This document shows, one piece after another, positions 1 to 14,793 of a DNA stretch of 64,000 nucleotides (position 1 is the first letter of the stretch; each line of letters begins with the position of its first letter). The notes under the pieces are model-generated. The model was not told where the DNA came from. It was given only the letters and a program-made list of their open reading frames with translations, and ran no database searches. The translations under genes were made by a program, and so were the position numbers. Source of the stretch: Octopus vulgaris (Eukaryota); assembly GCA_951406725.2 (NCBI GenBank), contig OX597818.1:14260001-14324000 (forward strand), written 5' to 3'.

Positions 1-759
1 AAGTATTTTAATTGCATCCCAGCTCCATGTTAATTTCATGTGAATATTGCCATATAAACTAAACGCATTATACAAGTATAATCGAAGTTATTTATTTTTG
101 ATTATTTCACATGCAGATTACTCATAGCTCCGAAAACTGTCTAATTACTTTTATAGTTCTCTCATAAACAAACGTTTCAATTATACATAACGTGGTATCT
201 ATTGCGATTTTCCTGAGTGTTTAGTTCCCACACAAAATGATTTACACATTTTACGCCTTCAAGATTTATATCAATTTTATGTTTTCTAACGTAATCTATG
301 TGAAGTCTTCAAATTTAATATCCTTTTCCAGATGAGAGCTAGGGAAATATTTTCACAATGCTTTTACGACAGGGTAACATCTAATTTTATCAAAAACACA
401 GTACCGCATCAATCATATAAAATGAAATTAGTCCTTTATATTACACACTTCTCGGCTCTAAATATTTGAAGATTTCTCGAGTAGTTATCTTTTTAACACC
501 ACTTGAAGAAAACGAGTAGTCACACAAATATTGAAATGGCACAAAATGTTGCTACAAAATAAATATATGCACATTCTCTTCCAATAGGTAAATTTTAAAT
601 CTATTTTTCCATTTATTTATTTCACAAGCGCATTACTCAAAGCAGCAATTAATTTCCAGTTGGCCATGCACTGCTTTCAGTGAATAAATGCCTACATCAA
701 AGGAAGTGAGATCTGTATTTTAAAGAGGATATATGTCTTCTTACATGCCTTTGTGTATA

Positions 760-1840
760 TATAAGTACATACCTACACACACACACACATATATATATAT
801 AGGTATGTATACATGTTTGTATGTATGTATGTATGTATGTAAGTATGCATGTATTATGTATGTATGTATGTATATGTAAATATGCACGTATACATACATA
901 TATGTATGCATGCGGATGTCAATAATTACTATATGCAATACATATACAAAATGCACAATTTTTCTATCTGTATTCGTAAATATATTTTTATGTATATATA
1001 CGTACACAATATTTGTGTGAGTGTATGTGTGCGTGCGTGCGTGTGTACATATGTATGCATAAACACACACTAAGACACACAAACAAGCGGAAATGCACAC
1101 ATGTACATATACATATGTATGTGTGTATGTGTGTATAACCATATATGTCTAATTTATAAAGAGCTTTCGTTCTAATGGAGTCTATTAAATATTGAGTAGT
1201 ATATTTTCTTAAAATATAAAAGGGAACAAGCTTCTAAGAAAAGAAAAATCAATATTTTAAGCAATTCCATTGCCATTGCTATAATAAATATAGTTCTATG
1301 AAATTCAGCATAAAATACGAAGATTTGTTTCTTAGTGAAAGACAACCAAACAATCCAAAAAGACGAAGCCTCTCCTACTTTATCATTCATTTATAAAATC
1401 AAATTCGTAAACATTACTTACAATGTGTACCCCTACTCAACGTCAATATCCATCTGAATAGTTTGTATGGCCATATTTTTATATAAACACCCGTTCAGGT
1501 GCACATATCCACAAACATACACACACGCACACACACACAAACGCACAGACAAACAGATACAGGCACTCACATATGCACACACATATATATATATATGTGG
1601 GGAAGATGGTTAAGCGTGGATACACAGATATATGCTATGTATATATACGCACAACGTATATATATATACGCAAAACGTAGATATATGTGCGTATATAAGA
1701 ATACATAAATTTATATATTTATATATATATAAATATATAAATTATATCTATATATATATATATATATAGATATAGATATATATAGACACATATGTATATC
1801 TGTATGTATATGTACACGAATATTTAAATATATATGCATA

Positions 1841-1906
<66 letters not shown>

Positions 1907-2037
1907 ATGTATATATTACGTATCTCTATAAATATTATACATGTATGTATACATTATATATCTATGTGTATTATATATATATATATATATGATATATAAA
2001 ATATACGTATATATATATATATGTGTGTGTATCTATC

Positions 2038-2076
<39 letters not shown>

Positions 2077-2220
2077 ATTTGTGTGTGTGTGTACTCGTGT
2101 GTGTTTAAGTGTGAGTGGTTATATCTGTAAGATATCTAGATATTATATGTTTGCTTTTGTATGTGTGTGTAGGTGTGTGTTAGTGTGTGCGTGTGTGTGT
2201 TCGTGCGTTTTTGTATATTT
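760..2220. repeat. Compound microsatellite fields (TA)n/(CA)n/(TATG)n/(TG)n, two blocks (~760-1145, ~1515-2220)
   Basis: Dinucleotide and tetranucleotide runs are directly visible. Overlapping ORFs are Y/I/H/T/V/C low-complexity read-through. Confidence 0.95.
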
Positions 2221-3159
2221 CTGTGTTGGATTATAAATATACTCCCAATCTTTAATGTAAAAATCAGTCGAAAGTTATTTCTTTACATTAAATTTATTAT
2301 TTACTAAAATGTTCAATATAACCTGCACAATTGAATATGAAATTCTTTATTCCCGAAGTTTTTATTATTACTAACAATATTTAATAATTTATTGAAAATA
2401 TCATTTTATTCGAAACAAAAGTTCTATATAAATATTTCAAATCACATCAAAAGGTATTTTGTTTGAATGTATGAATTTTAACATTCCTTATATATAATAA
2501 CTTTGAATGTACCTGGGAAATAAGGGCAACTTCAGAAACTTACTTTTTAAGGCGTTTCGATTATATTCATTTATATGAAAATGCATTTTGAAGGATATAC
2601 CTTGAAACATGTATTTCATCTAGCGATTACTATTGCTTTATTATCCGTTTCCGTTTCTATCTTATTCCTGTACATTTTTATATGAAAACGATATGTGTAA
2701 CATGTAAAGAATATGCAATAGAATAATACCTTTGAAACTTGTTCTTATATTACACTGATATGAAAAATGCTTATGACATATACAACATAATAAGTAACAC
2801 TGAAACATTAGTATATAAAATTACAATATATTGTATTTGATATAATATCGAATCCACCTCAGGTTCCATAATTTTTCGTTATACAAAAATGCATTTAATT
2901 CAATTTTATATTCATTGAGATACATTTCAAATAAAATTCTTATAAATACAGTGAAATACATTTACGTACAAAAGTCACGTATAATTAGTTATGTTTTATG
3001 ATAAAGAAATATGACTTCATTCAATTTTAGTATTATTTATCATTAGAATATTTTTACCTACTTTATAAAAGATGGAATGTGCAATCCTGAGGTGGTAAAG
3101 TCCTTATTAGTAAATTAAAACGCCAGAGTAGAAGAAAAAAGATCGAAGGTCCTTTTCTA

Positions 3160-3390
3160 GTCATAAGATTATTAGGTCAGTTTCCCGGGGTCTGTTGTGT
3201 ATACATTCTCCAACAGTGAGCAGGACACACCGATCTGTCGTAGAATTGCTAAATTTTACCAGCCAAGTTGACTGGAACGACGTGAAATGAACTGCTTTGC
3301 CTAAAATCAAAATGCACTGGTGCCCCAGGAATTGAAGCACCAATCTTACAATCATGAGCGTAACGACCTAACCACTAAGTTATGCGGCTT
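3160..3390 (-). mobile_element. Degenerate tRNA-derived SINE
   Basis: Minus strand starts aagccgcataacttagtggttaggtcgttacgctcatgattgtaagattggtgcttcaattcctggg (A/B-box-like head). The architecture resembles the 38225-38517 SINE. Confidence 0.55.
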
Positions 3391-3699
3391 AATGATTGCA
3401 ACGCTAATATGTATAAAATATACACCAGAGAATTAACGTCATATTATGAATATATATGCATAAGGAGTCACATAGTATACGGTTATTTAAAAAGGAATTT
3501 AATCTCGGCAGGCAGATTTACTTTCTGTTTTCATTAAGAGGCTCAGGGAATCTCAGCAAATTGGGATTATAATGGAAGAGAATAGATCCATATATCAATA
3601 GAGGCAAATAATGTGAAAAAAAAAAAACGTAGAAGAAATCAATTTACATAAAAAGAAACAATATTGTACTAAATAGAAGAAAATATCTATAATAGTAGT

Positions 3700-4022
3700 T
3701 TTCATTCACTGAACTACGGCCGTGCTGGAGTATGAGTTGAACAAATCGGCCTCATTCGTTATTTAAATTTTGTACTTACACTACCATTGTCCTTTGGTAA
3801 AGCTTATAGTCGTAAACAGCCCAACCACACGAGCGATACAATTGTACATTAACACAAACGCAGAAACATTTGAGCACATACATATATATAAGATATCCTA
3901 CACAGTTTTAATCTAATATAGTCACTCACAACTGATTGGTGTTATAGCAAAAGGCTCCTATCCAAGGTAGTTTGCAGTGCAACTGGACTTGAAAGCACGC
4001 GGATTCGAAGAGAACAACTTAT
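3700..4022 (-). mobile_element. Degenerate copy of the 14794-15212 SINE family
   Basis: actacggccgtgctggag...ccaaggtagtttgcagtgcaactggac resembles the reverse complement of the 14794 SINE body and head. Confidence 0.5.
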
Positions 4023-4559
4023 CGACAACGAAGACCTTCATTTGTACATGTATGCGCTAGTATGTGCACGCTTCATCGGCGAAGGGCGAAAAGTAGCACG
4101 TTCATTCAAGTCTCGACTCGTTATGCTACCTTTACCGCCAAATAACAATTAAGGCAAAGGTCTGTTAGTTCATAGCACCAACGCTACAGTCGTTGCTGTG
4201 AGAAGGCTAACAGTAAAAACAGATATCGGAAGGTATCCCAATTACACGCTGATATTTGCAACAGTCCGGTCATCAAAGCTAATAATTGTACTGGTCCGCA
4301 AAGCAAAGTACATGGAAGGCAAATTTGATTTCCACACAATTTGAACTCACAACAGTATATAGAAAAAATAGAACAATGTATTCTATCCAACAAATAACTA
4401 ATCTGGTAGATGTCACATTCTATACATACATATACACACAGGTATTCATATATATGTGTCAGTGTGTGTTTGTGTGTCTGTGCATAAATTGCTTACTAGT
4501 TTTGGAGCAACTTGATCTACCTGTGGGAGCTGACTTTGATAAACATTGACATGTTTCTT

Positions 4560-6700
4560 CAGACCGCCTTGAGATTTGCAGATTCTGCGGAATATATTAA
4601 TAAGGGCGAACTCCTTGGTATGTTCTATATTCAGTGGAAAGTACCGTACTGTGTGCTCCTGTATGAGATTGAAGTCCAGTGAGAGAGGTAGATTTTTGCA
4701 TAAAACTTACAAGTAGAAAAGGTTCCACCAACTTCATAATCCTTTACTAGCTATTTTTTCTTATTTTTCCCTTAATTATCCTGTCTTGCTCAAAAGTTTT
4801 CACATGATCCCCTATTGTTTGGGCGAAGTCTGTCTTAGGCTCTTATGATCAATTACTACAATGAATGTTTGAAAATTTTCTTTGGCTTACATTGTTCCTT
4901 TTCCATGAAAAATTCTCCCATAAAACAATTGCCTAGGGGTACGCTCGTTAGTTATGCGGAGTGAGTCCAGACCATCGCGGTTGATTTTCAAAAATCATTG
5001 CCCGGATGGAAAAATACGTCATACTACTAGATTCGAGCAGATTCGAGCGTCAGTAAATTCTATTTTACTTTCAGAAAGCAGCGTAAGCATTCTTGATGGA
5101 ATCATGTCAACAGTTCAAAGTGATGTTTGTAATACATCGAAGTTTCAGAGTATAAAAGAGAGGATAACGCTAAGTATTTATGAACAGATATTCTTTATTT
5201 CATTGTTTATATTCCTTTGTGGCCAGACCTGAGTCTCTAAAACTATCTAAAACCTCTGCCACCTTTTGACTACCTTAGAAGTATTCCTGGATCCCACGTT
5301 CGATCTCCTAAGATATATGAAGTATCCAATTACCTTATGATTACCTTGCTCATATTTTGCTGTAAAACTTGACGAAGTGGAATTTGACAAAAAAATTATA
5401 GCTTTCCTTGAATTTATAATCAATTTAAAGACATCACATATTGAATCAAATGTAGAAACCAACAAGTGCAAACCATCCGTGACTATCAATGTCACAGTCA
5501 TCAGTATGCAGTAAGTCACTTATTAGACAGAGGTGTATAATTTAATCTAAATTTTACCCTTGATAAATTGATGACGCTTCCTGTGGTACGATATCTTACG
5601 TACATCCCCTCATTTTTGTCTTGGAAAACATGATAGACAATGGGAGGAATACATATTTTAAAGAGAATAGGTGCTCCCTTATTTGCAATACTCTCCTCCG
5701 CGAAAAGAACAGAGAATTTACTCCAAAATTTGCTCTTTCCTGCGTGTCTTTATAAAGATAATTCATTATATTTACAGACAATTGAGGGCGTCCCAATTTA
5801 TACAACATCAGCCGAAATGTATTCTAATAGCGAGGAAGGTGCAATTTGATACATTTTTCCAGGAGGTATCTGGTTATCTGATTGCGGAGATCATTTCATT
5901 GGTGCCTCTTTCCGCACAAATCCACAATTATGATCCAAAAGACTTATCAATCTCTTCAGAAATAATACGTGCTAGAAACTTCCTGGTAACAAGCAACAGA
6001 CAAAAAGGATTCTCCTAAAATAACATTGGCCATTGATTCAGATTTGAAAATAGGGATCAAGATATGATTAACCTAGTCTCGCAGAATCTTCCCCTTCTCT
6101 TAAGAAAGGTGTATTACTCTGTGAAACTATCTATTATTTACTCTCGTCCATGCTTGAGTATATCAGTATTATTATCACTCAGGCCAAGAGATGTGTTTAT
6201 ATATTTTCGTACAGGAGAATCTATGTTATTTCTAATACATCGGATGCCATTTCATCTACAATTGGAAAACTTTCCATTAATTCAATATGTATGTCTACAA
6301 GAGAAGGCTCGTTAAGGACCTCAAAGAAGTATACCTCCAAACTACACTGAATGGAAACAGTATCAGCTATGAGTGACTGACCATCTGCAGTTATTACAGG
6401 TACCATTGAAGAATATCTTTGGTACCGAAAAGGTATTTTAATATAAGATAAAAGGATTTAGTATCCTTTCGACGCATTGCCATTTGTGCTTATTTGGCTT
6501 AGTCATGCCATCAATGTTACTTAATATCTCTCAAAGCATTTTGTAGCTTTCATTTTAGTTGCTTATATGGATCATTAGAATTAGGATTGATTGATTGATT
6601 GAGAAGTATTGATTTTATTCGTCGTTATTTATGTCATTATTACAAGATTGTTATCTTTAATCCAGTTAATGGATCTCCTGCATTTCACAAACAAATGATG
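4560..6700 (-). mobile_element. Highly decayed RTE-clade LINE (reverse transcriptase region)
   Basis: Minus-strand fragments LYKLGRPQLSVNIMNYLYKDTQERANFG, EG-V-RYRTTGSVINLSR (frameshifted) and an RGISLL/GKFLARI-like block are colinear with the better preserved RTE RT at 54126-54563. Many stops and frameshifts. Confidence 0.7.
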
Positions 6701-8149
6701 CAGAAACTGCCTTGACGATGATAACTTGAGGGATACTCGTATCAAGTGTGATATTATCTACTGCTAAGGGAGTGACGAGTATGGCAAGTTAGGCTTTAGG
6801 AGGCAGTGAGGGGGACACGAGGTAACATAATTAAGATACTATATTTTTTACATATAGTAGTAATTATATACATGACAAAACTAGAAATAGTTATTAAGAT
6901 AGAATGAGATTTCCTCAGGCACAGAGAAGTCATTTACTTGCAATCTATAAAGTAAATTAACAATTTTGTCGTTATTAGTTTTTCATCATTTCACGTTAAA
7001 AGCTTATACGTTACCATACATTACCACACCGTTAAAAGCTTATAAATTACCATACATATTACGTTAGTTTAGTTGTGCTACCTAACTCGACGCTTAAAAG
7101 AGCGGTAGGGCTAGACGTAACAACTACTTAAAGTGGGGCGCTACGCTTAATAATAATCGAAAGTTGGGCGCTACAAAAATAGTTTGATTTTAAGTGAGCC
7201 TATAATGTACTAGAAGTATCTGTGCAGTTGAACATATTTTGAGTGGACATAGTGAGCAGTTTCCCGCACAGAATGTTTCAATTGTGTGCCGTATAATATA
7301 ACAAGATCAAAACCTCCAGATCCCTGAGAATTTTCTTTCAGAGTTTTCCATCTCTAGATTAGAAGCCTTAATCAAGCTCTAAAGTCTAGTCTACTCTATG
7401 AGTCAGAGATTATTGATAGCAACCCCTGTTAAGGAAATGCACAACAATAAGGGACCTGATATATATCATGATAAAAATACACGCGTGCGCGCACACACAC
7501 AAACGCATGTATGTGTGAGTGTGTGTGTGTGTGCATATATCTACATGTGTATATACAGGAAGGTATACTGTGTAATGGTGTTGGAGTATTTATAGATGTA
7601 TGTCTACGGAAACAGTTGTACCAGCTCTTGTTGCTCATACTCTTAAACTCTTAGATTTTACATTATATAGCTTCCGCTCTTCCCTCCCATGACTATTGGT
7701 TATGGCCAGAGCTCTTCTCTTTTTGAACAAGTAGTAAAAGATAACAAAAAAAAATATTGTTGCGGCAAGAGAAAGAAGATACATTCAGAAGAAATGGAAT
7801 GTAAGTTTAATTAAAGTTAGATTTGGGTTGCAAAAGTAAAGAAATATAACTAATTACTGCTAGATATTTTCGGTATTCAACTGCTTGTTATTCTACTACC
7901 GTACTCTCGTGTCATACCAATTTATAACATTAATGCGACACTATGATTTAATTATGAAGAGGTAAATCCTAATGAATAGACACACTAATTCACTCGTATT
8001 TAATTTTTATCGGCCCCATCATAATTAGCGGCCATCTGAACATTTATATAACTGATAGAGTATGCCATGCTGAAAGTCTTTTTAATCTGACACTCGCTCC
8101 TTTTTCTGTCAGTTCATTGTACCATCTTACTGAAATACTTGTTACAAAA

Positions 8150-8339
8150 TTTGGTACGAGTCCAAGAATCTCAGTGGTGGAGGAAAGACGATTACATCGA
8201 CCTCAGTACTCGACTGGTATTTGTTTAATTGACTCTGAAATGATGAAAGACAACATCAGCCTCGGCGGAAATTGACCTCCAAACGAAATGCCATTCAGCA
8301 TTTTGCCCAGCCTGCCAACGATTCTGCTAGCTCGCCGCC
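8150..8339 (-). mobile_element. SINE, GGCGGCGAGCTGGCAGAATCGTT-headed family
   Basis: Reverse complement begins ggcggcgagctagcagaatcgttggcaggctgggcaaaatgc. Homologous to 9355-9562 and 60885-61084. Confidence 0.75.
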
Positions 8340-9354
8340 CACTCCTTCAGAAAATATTAAACATATAAGGAGTAAAACACGATATCAATTTCAGATGTGA
8401 TATTAGTTTTCTGTTTTGTCACAAGGCGAACACGTTACGTGTAATATTAATAACTGTTTAAGTTGTTCATTTCGCTTTTATTATTTCGACACTGTTTGAA
8501 CACGAGTAAAAAAAATAAACTGTTTGGAGAAATTTAAATTTCTTTCCTTTGATAAATAAACATCTGGAAATTCAAAATTTAATAAACGTATTGAAGTATT
8601 TTATAATAACACAGTTTATTGAAATAAAAACATTTCTGCGTAATTCCAATCAACTTTTTTGTTATGGCCACCAAGCATTATCAAACATTCTGTTTCATGT
8701 TATTATTGCCACCACCGTTTTGAACGCCTTAAGTATGTAGGCTCTTGAAGAAGCTGAATGCAAGTCGAGATTTCTATTCCAGGTTGAACCCAATCCAATT
8801 TGGAAGACATCATCATATATGACATCGACAGTTTGGAATAGGTAATTCCTATACAGCTGTGCATTTATCGTAAGTTGGATTGTTAAACTAAGATACAAAA
8901 TTATACACGATCTATTCAGAACACAAACAAAATGAATATGTCATTGTTTTAGATGAGTTATTCTAATCATTAAACATCTAATGTAAATTGAATTCAGTTT
9001 TATTAATTTTTCACTTCTCTTATAAAACATAAAAGAAATATATTTAAAAACGCAAACGGAAAAATGGAGAATTAATTGTATTTTTATTTTCAATTTTCAT
9101 TATGCCATTTTATAAATTATGAAACTATAAACTATGAAACAATACTGCATAGGAGGTAAAAACTAATATGGCCATTGCTTATACCACAAATATATAAATT
9201 TCAATATCGGCAACTATCGCGCTGACTTATTATAATATTGGTTTTCTTTGTTTTTGTATTTTTATCTTGCTGATGATATTTTTATTGGATCGTCCTCCCT
9301 AAAGGCTCGTTTTCGTTCCGCAGGTAACAATTTCAGTGAAGAGTATTTTAGTTT

Positions 9355-9562
9355 GACATTTTTGAACAAGATCGGCAATTTTGGGGGAGTTGGAAAATCG
9401 GGGCTATCAACCCTGGTCTCCGGCTGGTACTTGTGTTAACCAACGACGAAGGGATGACTACAAAATTTCACCAAGAAAATTTGAAATCAGGGCATAAAGC
9501 CGGACGAAGTACATCTAAGCATTTTGCCTGGTGCGCTAACGATTCTGCCAGATCGCCACCTT
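9355..9562 (-). mobile_element. SINE, same family as 8150-8339
   Basis: aagcattttgcctggtgcgctaacgattctgccagatcgccacc matches the other two copies. Confidence 0.75.
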
Positions 9563-9594
9563 AGTCTCAGGGATGAATATTAGAAGGATATTAA

Positions 9595-11910
9595 CCTTTC
9601 GTGGGCCGGCGGGGTTCGAATTACACAAAGGACCATTATGGTCCCGAGGAACCGCTTTTATTTTTGCGGATCTCCGCACTATCCATAAAGTAATATTTGT
9701 TTAAATCTTGCATATATGTCTGAGTGCATGATACAGAACAAGAAATTTAGCACTTTATGGGTCATATTTGTAATTATTAGCGTTTATTGAGGGAATTGAA
9801 ATATAATTTATTGACTGAAAAACCCTTATTAAAAGAAATCAACATTTTATATAGGTTTAGAAACTATACGTATAACACTAAAACAAAATCATTTAGTATA
9901 TCGATTCTTACTAGAACACATACGAAGCAAATTGACTTATAACCAAATTACATTGGGCATCACAAATAGGTTCACTACATACTGTGCATGATTTCTTTGT
10001 TTTCTTATCAAGCTTTCTTGGACACTTTCTACAACTTCGTTTTCGATTTTCTTGGGGTTAATGCTGGGGTGGTCCTGCTGTTTCGCCACACTCAAAGGCT
10101 TCCATGCGCAATACAACATGTCTTGGTAGTTTTGTTTGTTCTGCCAAGAGACGCCGTTGGATTTGCAGCTTGCAAAGTTGTTCAGACAAGTCTGAAAGGG
10201 AGGGCCGACGCTTTTGATGTCCTCTATATGCATCAGGACCGTTTTCCACGAAACAAACAGCTGCGACATCAAGCATCCAGTAGAAAATAACTAAAGGTCA
10301 CCTATTTGTTATGCGTTTATATGAGTAATTATTGACTAATTGGTCTAATATAACCACACTACCTTTAGTTGCATTATAATCTGCAATCATATATGGTTTG
10401 AAAGGTTCACTTTCTTGTAATTTGTTGTCAAAATGCATAGTGATCAGGAAGATAGCTGCCTCATTTACTTTTGGAACATAACTGCACATCATAAGATGAT
10501 GCTCTTTGCTGAAGCCGAACTCTGTTGACAACAGCTGGCGACCCCGAGAGACTTGCAATGATTGAGGCATTTCGGGTTTATCTTTTCTTACGATTCCTAA
10601 GGTCGTTACAAGACCAACATCAGTAAAATGTTGTCCCATGTAATATTTCTACCTGAGTTTAGAATAGTTTTGCTGAGATCTCGAAAAACTCTTTTAGCCT
10701 GCTGTCGTTCTGGGACTTCAGGTCCTTTCAATATGTATATCTGCTAGCATCAACCGTAGACCAAACTTTTATTCCATATTTACTCGGTTTTGATTGCATG
10801 TACACTTTGAATAAATATTTTCCTCTTAAAGACAACGGAGATTCATCAATAGTTATATAAGGGGCAGCTTTGTAATTTATTTGGAATGTCTCAACAAACC
10901 TCTGCCAATCTTCCCATGTTCACCATTTTTTCGAGCTGCACATGTAGACATTTCATCAAATGTTATGCATCTTTTCAGTTCTTTGAACCTATTACGACTC
11001 ATAGGAGCACCATAAATTGCTGGACCTGTCTTTGTGCGAAATAGTTCATCAAATGGTTTAAAAGCATCATTGTTCAATCCAGCTCCAAGTTGAAGACCTA
11101 TCCCTACCATTATTTCAAAATAATCTACTTTTTTCCAATTTTCAGCATATAGAAATTATCCTTTTTGATTCGATGCTTCATCCATGAGAAAAAACTAAAT
11201 GTAGCAGAAACGGCATGGGAAGGTACAGGTACATGAACGCCAGCAGTTTCACGAAGCACATTTCGGTAAATACTTCGTCTGCGTTTGGGAGGTTCAGTGA
11301 GCCATACAGTACATTTATCCTTACTAACCACAGTATTGCTATCATCATGACCAGTTTCGTTGTTATCAGTACTATAGCCATCACTAAAATCATCATTTGG
11401 ATTCTTTAACATCTTCATTTACTATCATAGCAGATGTGACACTATTCAGATAACAACCTGGTGCTGAAACATCATATGGTGCATCTACAATGGCTCTTTT
11501 GTCATAGAACATTGGTTTACGAATAGACAATTGAAATATATAAATTTGTATTCAGAATATCTGGAAAAAAAACAGGAAAATATAATTTTACAGAATATTT
11601 GAAAAAAAAAAACAGAAAAAATTAATTTCACAGAATATCTGAAAATAGAACTGAAAAAATAATTTCACAAAATATCGGAAAAAACCCCCAGAAAAAACGT
11701 AATTTCACACAAGGCCAATGGGGTCCAGTTGGCCAGTAACGATCATATTCTATGTTATAACATCAGTATAACTGGAAATTTTTAACTCAAAATTTATAAA
11801 CTATTGCCAATAAGTCATGAGATATAAAACCATTTAGGTAAAATATGTAAAAGTCGCATAACTTTTTTAATTTGCTTGGGTCCTGACGGACCCCGTCAGC
11901 TCATGAAGGG
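9595..11910 (-). mobile_element. piggyBac DNA transposon, near full length, transposase pseudogenised
   Basis: TTAA at 9591-9594 and 11911-11914. Imperfect TIRs: cctttcgtgggccggcggggttc versus reverse complement cccttcatgagctgacggggtcc. Minus-strand peptides MSRNRFKELKRCITFDE, YMQSKPSKYGIK, GIVRKDKPEMP, YNATKGSVVILDQLVNNYS and a Cys-rich C-terminus near 9920-10050. Confidence 0.92.
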
Positions 11911-12315
11911 TTAAATCAATATGAGAGTTATGGGATAAGTATTAAAGAATAACTATGCCATTTTAAATATGTTAATTAACTAATAGACTAAGGATTACAT
12001 TAAACAGTTTTTTACTAGGTCCAACCCATATGTTTTTAGAGAAGATACTTTTCATAAAATTACTGAGATTTCAATATTTTAACTATCCAATTTGAAATAA
12101 AAGAGCAGTCAAGTTTGGTGTAATGCAAACCAGGAAAGAAGAAAGTAATTAAATATTATTAAAAAAACTTAATCCAATTCATAAGGCAGTAAACATGGTA
12201 AAATTTAAAAGATAGTTTGTTTAAAAGGCTCGGTGAATTGATCTTCCTTTCTCGCAGCAGATCGACACACTGAAATTTTGTAACGCACATCGCCGTGAGT
12301 TTTCAAGGATTCCAG

Positions 12316-12535
12316 TGTGTGTGCTGAAAATGTGCTTGCTTTAATGGTATCTTGAAAGCCCTAGTAGGCGGCCCAAACTTCCAAGTTGTTTTACAGGGCT
12401 TAGAAAAACTGAATGACTGCTGCAATAAATGTGTGACTCTGAGAGGGGATTCTGTTGAATAAAATGATAATTAACTGATCCTCCTGCATATTCTTTTATC
12501 CAAAGCCAGGAACTTGTCAGCATCCCCTCCGTATA
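12316..12535 (+). mobile_element. Mariner-derived MITE retaining the transposase C-terminus
   Basis: Inverted termini gtgctgaaaatgtgcttgcttt / aaagccaggaacttgtcagca, ending in ...ccgTA. Internal frame GLEKLNDCCNKCVTLRGDSVE* resembles the mariner C-terminal KCV..GDYVE* motif. Confidence 0.75.
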
Positions 12536-14793
12536 CACTTGAAAGATAATGTAGCAGCATACATGTTTCTTACAGTTGTCGGTTTTAATGTTTGTAAACG
12601 GTTAAATCTTTGTGAGATCTTACACAAAGGGAATTTTGTTGCTTTTCCATGTAGATAGAGAAACCGCGTAAAGGAACCATTCTTAGCTCAATTGTATGGC
12701 ATTAATCTTTTCTACGTTTAGTGGCACAATGGAAATGTTTTAGATAAATTCGATCGGGGTTCAAGAGGTCCATTTATCAATTATTGGTGAGATACATCTC
12801 AGCACAATATTCACGGTTGATGAGGTTACTATAATTTTACGTATAATGTTTATTCCTGTTGGGTTGAACTGATTAGGAGGGATACTGTTCTTTGATAGAT
12901 GATGTTGCAATAGTTCTCTGGACGACTCTATATGTGTAATCCATCGGAGTTAAGCATTTTGCCTAAGAAGTATTTTGACACTTTGGGTTTGATGCAACAA
13001 CGCATTCTACTCTTTCCATGTCCAGGTGTTATATTGCGTGCATTTTCATTTTATAATTGATGTAATATAAATGTTTTGGTTTTCTTTTCCTTGTTGAAGC
13101 CGTATGTGAACAGTATGCTGTTGTGGCTTACGATTTTATTTTGTAGAGATCTGTGGGACCGCTCATCTTGTTTTGACCTCTATGTTGATCATGCGGAATG
13201 CATATGATGTTCTATGCATGATCGTGCAGCATTTTATATGTTCTTTTTTGTTTTGTCATTTTTTCTAGTGCGTTTTGGCCTTCTGTAGGTGTGTTGCGTT
13301 ATGTTATTGGGTTCAACTCTTAGTGGTGTATAGAACTATATTATCGAAATATTTTAAGTGTTTTGGTTCTGGCTTGAAGTATTTTCAGCGACCATATAAA
13401 GGCTCCCTAGTCGTTATATTAATATACTTTAACATATTAGTTGCAAGCCAATCTAGATAAAACAAAACATGTTCCAGTTGCAAATATCCCGTCTTTTATT
13501 CAGCTACATTGATTCTAGGACTACTCCATTCAATATATCTTTCCTATTTTAAGCCGAATATATTGTATTAATGCACAATTGCTTGCTATTTGTAGCTGGT
13601 AGAGTTATCACAAAAAATATTTCTGGTTTACTCCTTGAATCTGATATTTTACGGTACTCACAGCATCGATGAAGATTGTGGAATTGGTAAGTGCTTACGT
13701 AAAATTGCTTGGCTTATTCTAAAGGTTTTATGTCAACATATGAGATCAAGGAGACAAAGCTTTTCAAGAATCGAAAATTCTATAAATCGAAACTTCGTAT
13801 CACGAATGGTAAAATACTGTAAGCTAACTTCTAAATAACATTATTTCACTCGGTTTTTGAATATCGACAGAGTACGACCATGCATGTGTTATATTTTAAA
13901 AAATAACAATAAAATTGTATTGTCTTTGACTGTACACATGCACTCAGAAACATCCCTCGTATTTATAGAATAACAAATAATCACTAGCCATTAGGTTCAC
14001 CTCGATATTGACTATATTATCAATGAGATGAAAGTAACTAACGTTAGCTTCTCACTCTGGAAGATAATGCAAAATATTTCAAGTGATTATGCATTTGATA
14101 AACCGCAGTCACCGAGGTTATGAATATCGGTTTTTTTCTCATCCAAATATATGGCACTATGTAATATATATTGATAAAAATGTTTATGCAACATAGGTTT
14201 TGAAGACTAAGATGTAAAGGACATATTTTGAACAAAGATGCTATTGATAAATTTTTCCTTGTTTGTGAAAATCAAAGTGAAAATGAAAGTGAAATATTAT
14301 AACTCAAAATGACTTTACCGATCAGAAACATTAAATGCATTATTAATATCGTATTAAATCATTTTTTAATTATTTAACATTTCTCAGAATGTGGCATTTT
14401 CTTTGGTTTGATCATAGTGAATAAATAATACTTATAAAAGAAATGTGTGTTGTTGTTCCTGGTATCGTTGATTTTAATCAAATAAATCCTTACTTTCTTT
14501 CACCCATGCTCACATTTTAGTTTCTGAAGACATAAATATATTTAAAATATTTGTTAAATATAATTTCTCAACCGTGAAGCATAACACAGTTTAATATATC
14601 CTTCATATAACGTTAGTTTCTTCAGTGAGACATACCAAAACCTGTAATTGTTTTTTTAGATTTCTTGTATTGTAAAACTGTGATAGCTCTGCAGAAGAGT
14701 ACGAAGCATCCAAAATCTGAATTTCTGAAAATGCTAGCAACTTCCTTGCTTTAACAATTTGATGAATAAGCACTCGCTTCTCCTTCATCCAAT

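Noticed and set aside
741-2236. Long ORFs rich in Y/I/H/T/V/C (also at 15157-15436, 27811-28055, 29225-29577, 45666-45910, 51724-52068 and others)
   Set aside because: Read-through of (TA)n, (CA)n and (TATG)n microsatellites, which lack stop codons; not genes.
5247-6406. Cadherin-like look of the LIVTDG and VITADG peptides
   Set aside because: Surrounding frames carry ordered RTE RT motifs, and there are no DxNDN, LDRE or DxD cadherin motifs.
12540-13380. Strand-biased segment that might be a LINE ORF1/gag relic (similar impression at 39000-39960)
   Set aside because: No motif could be recovered through the stops; left unannotated.
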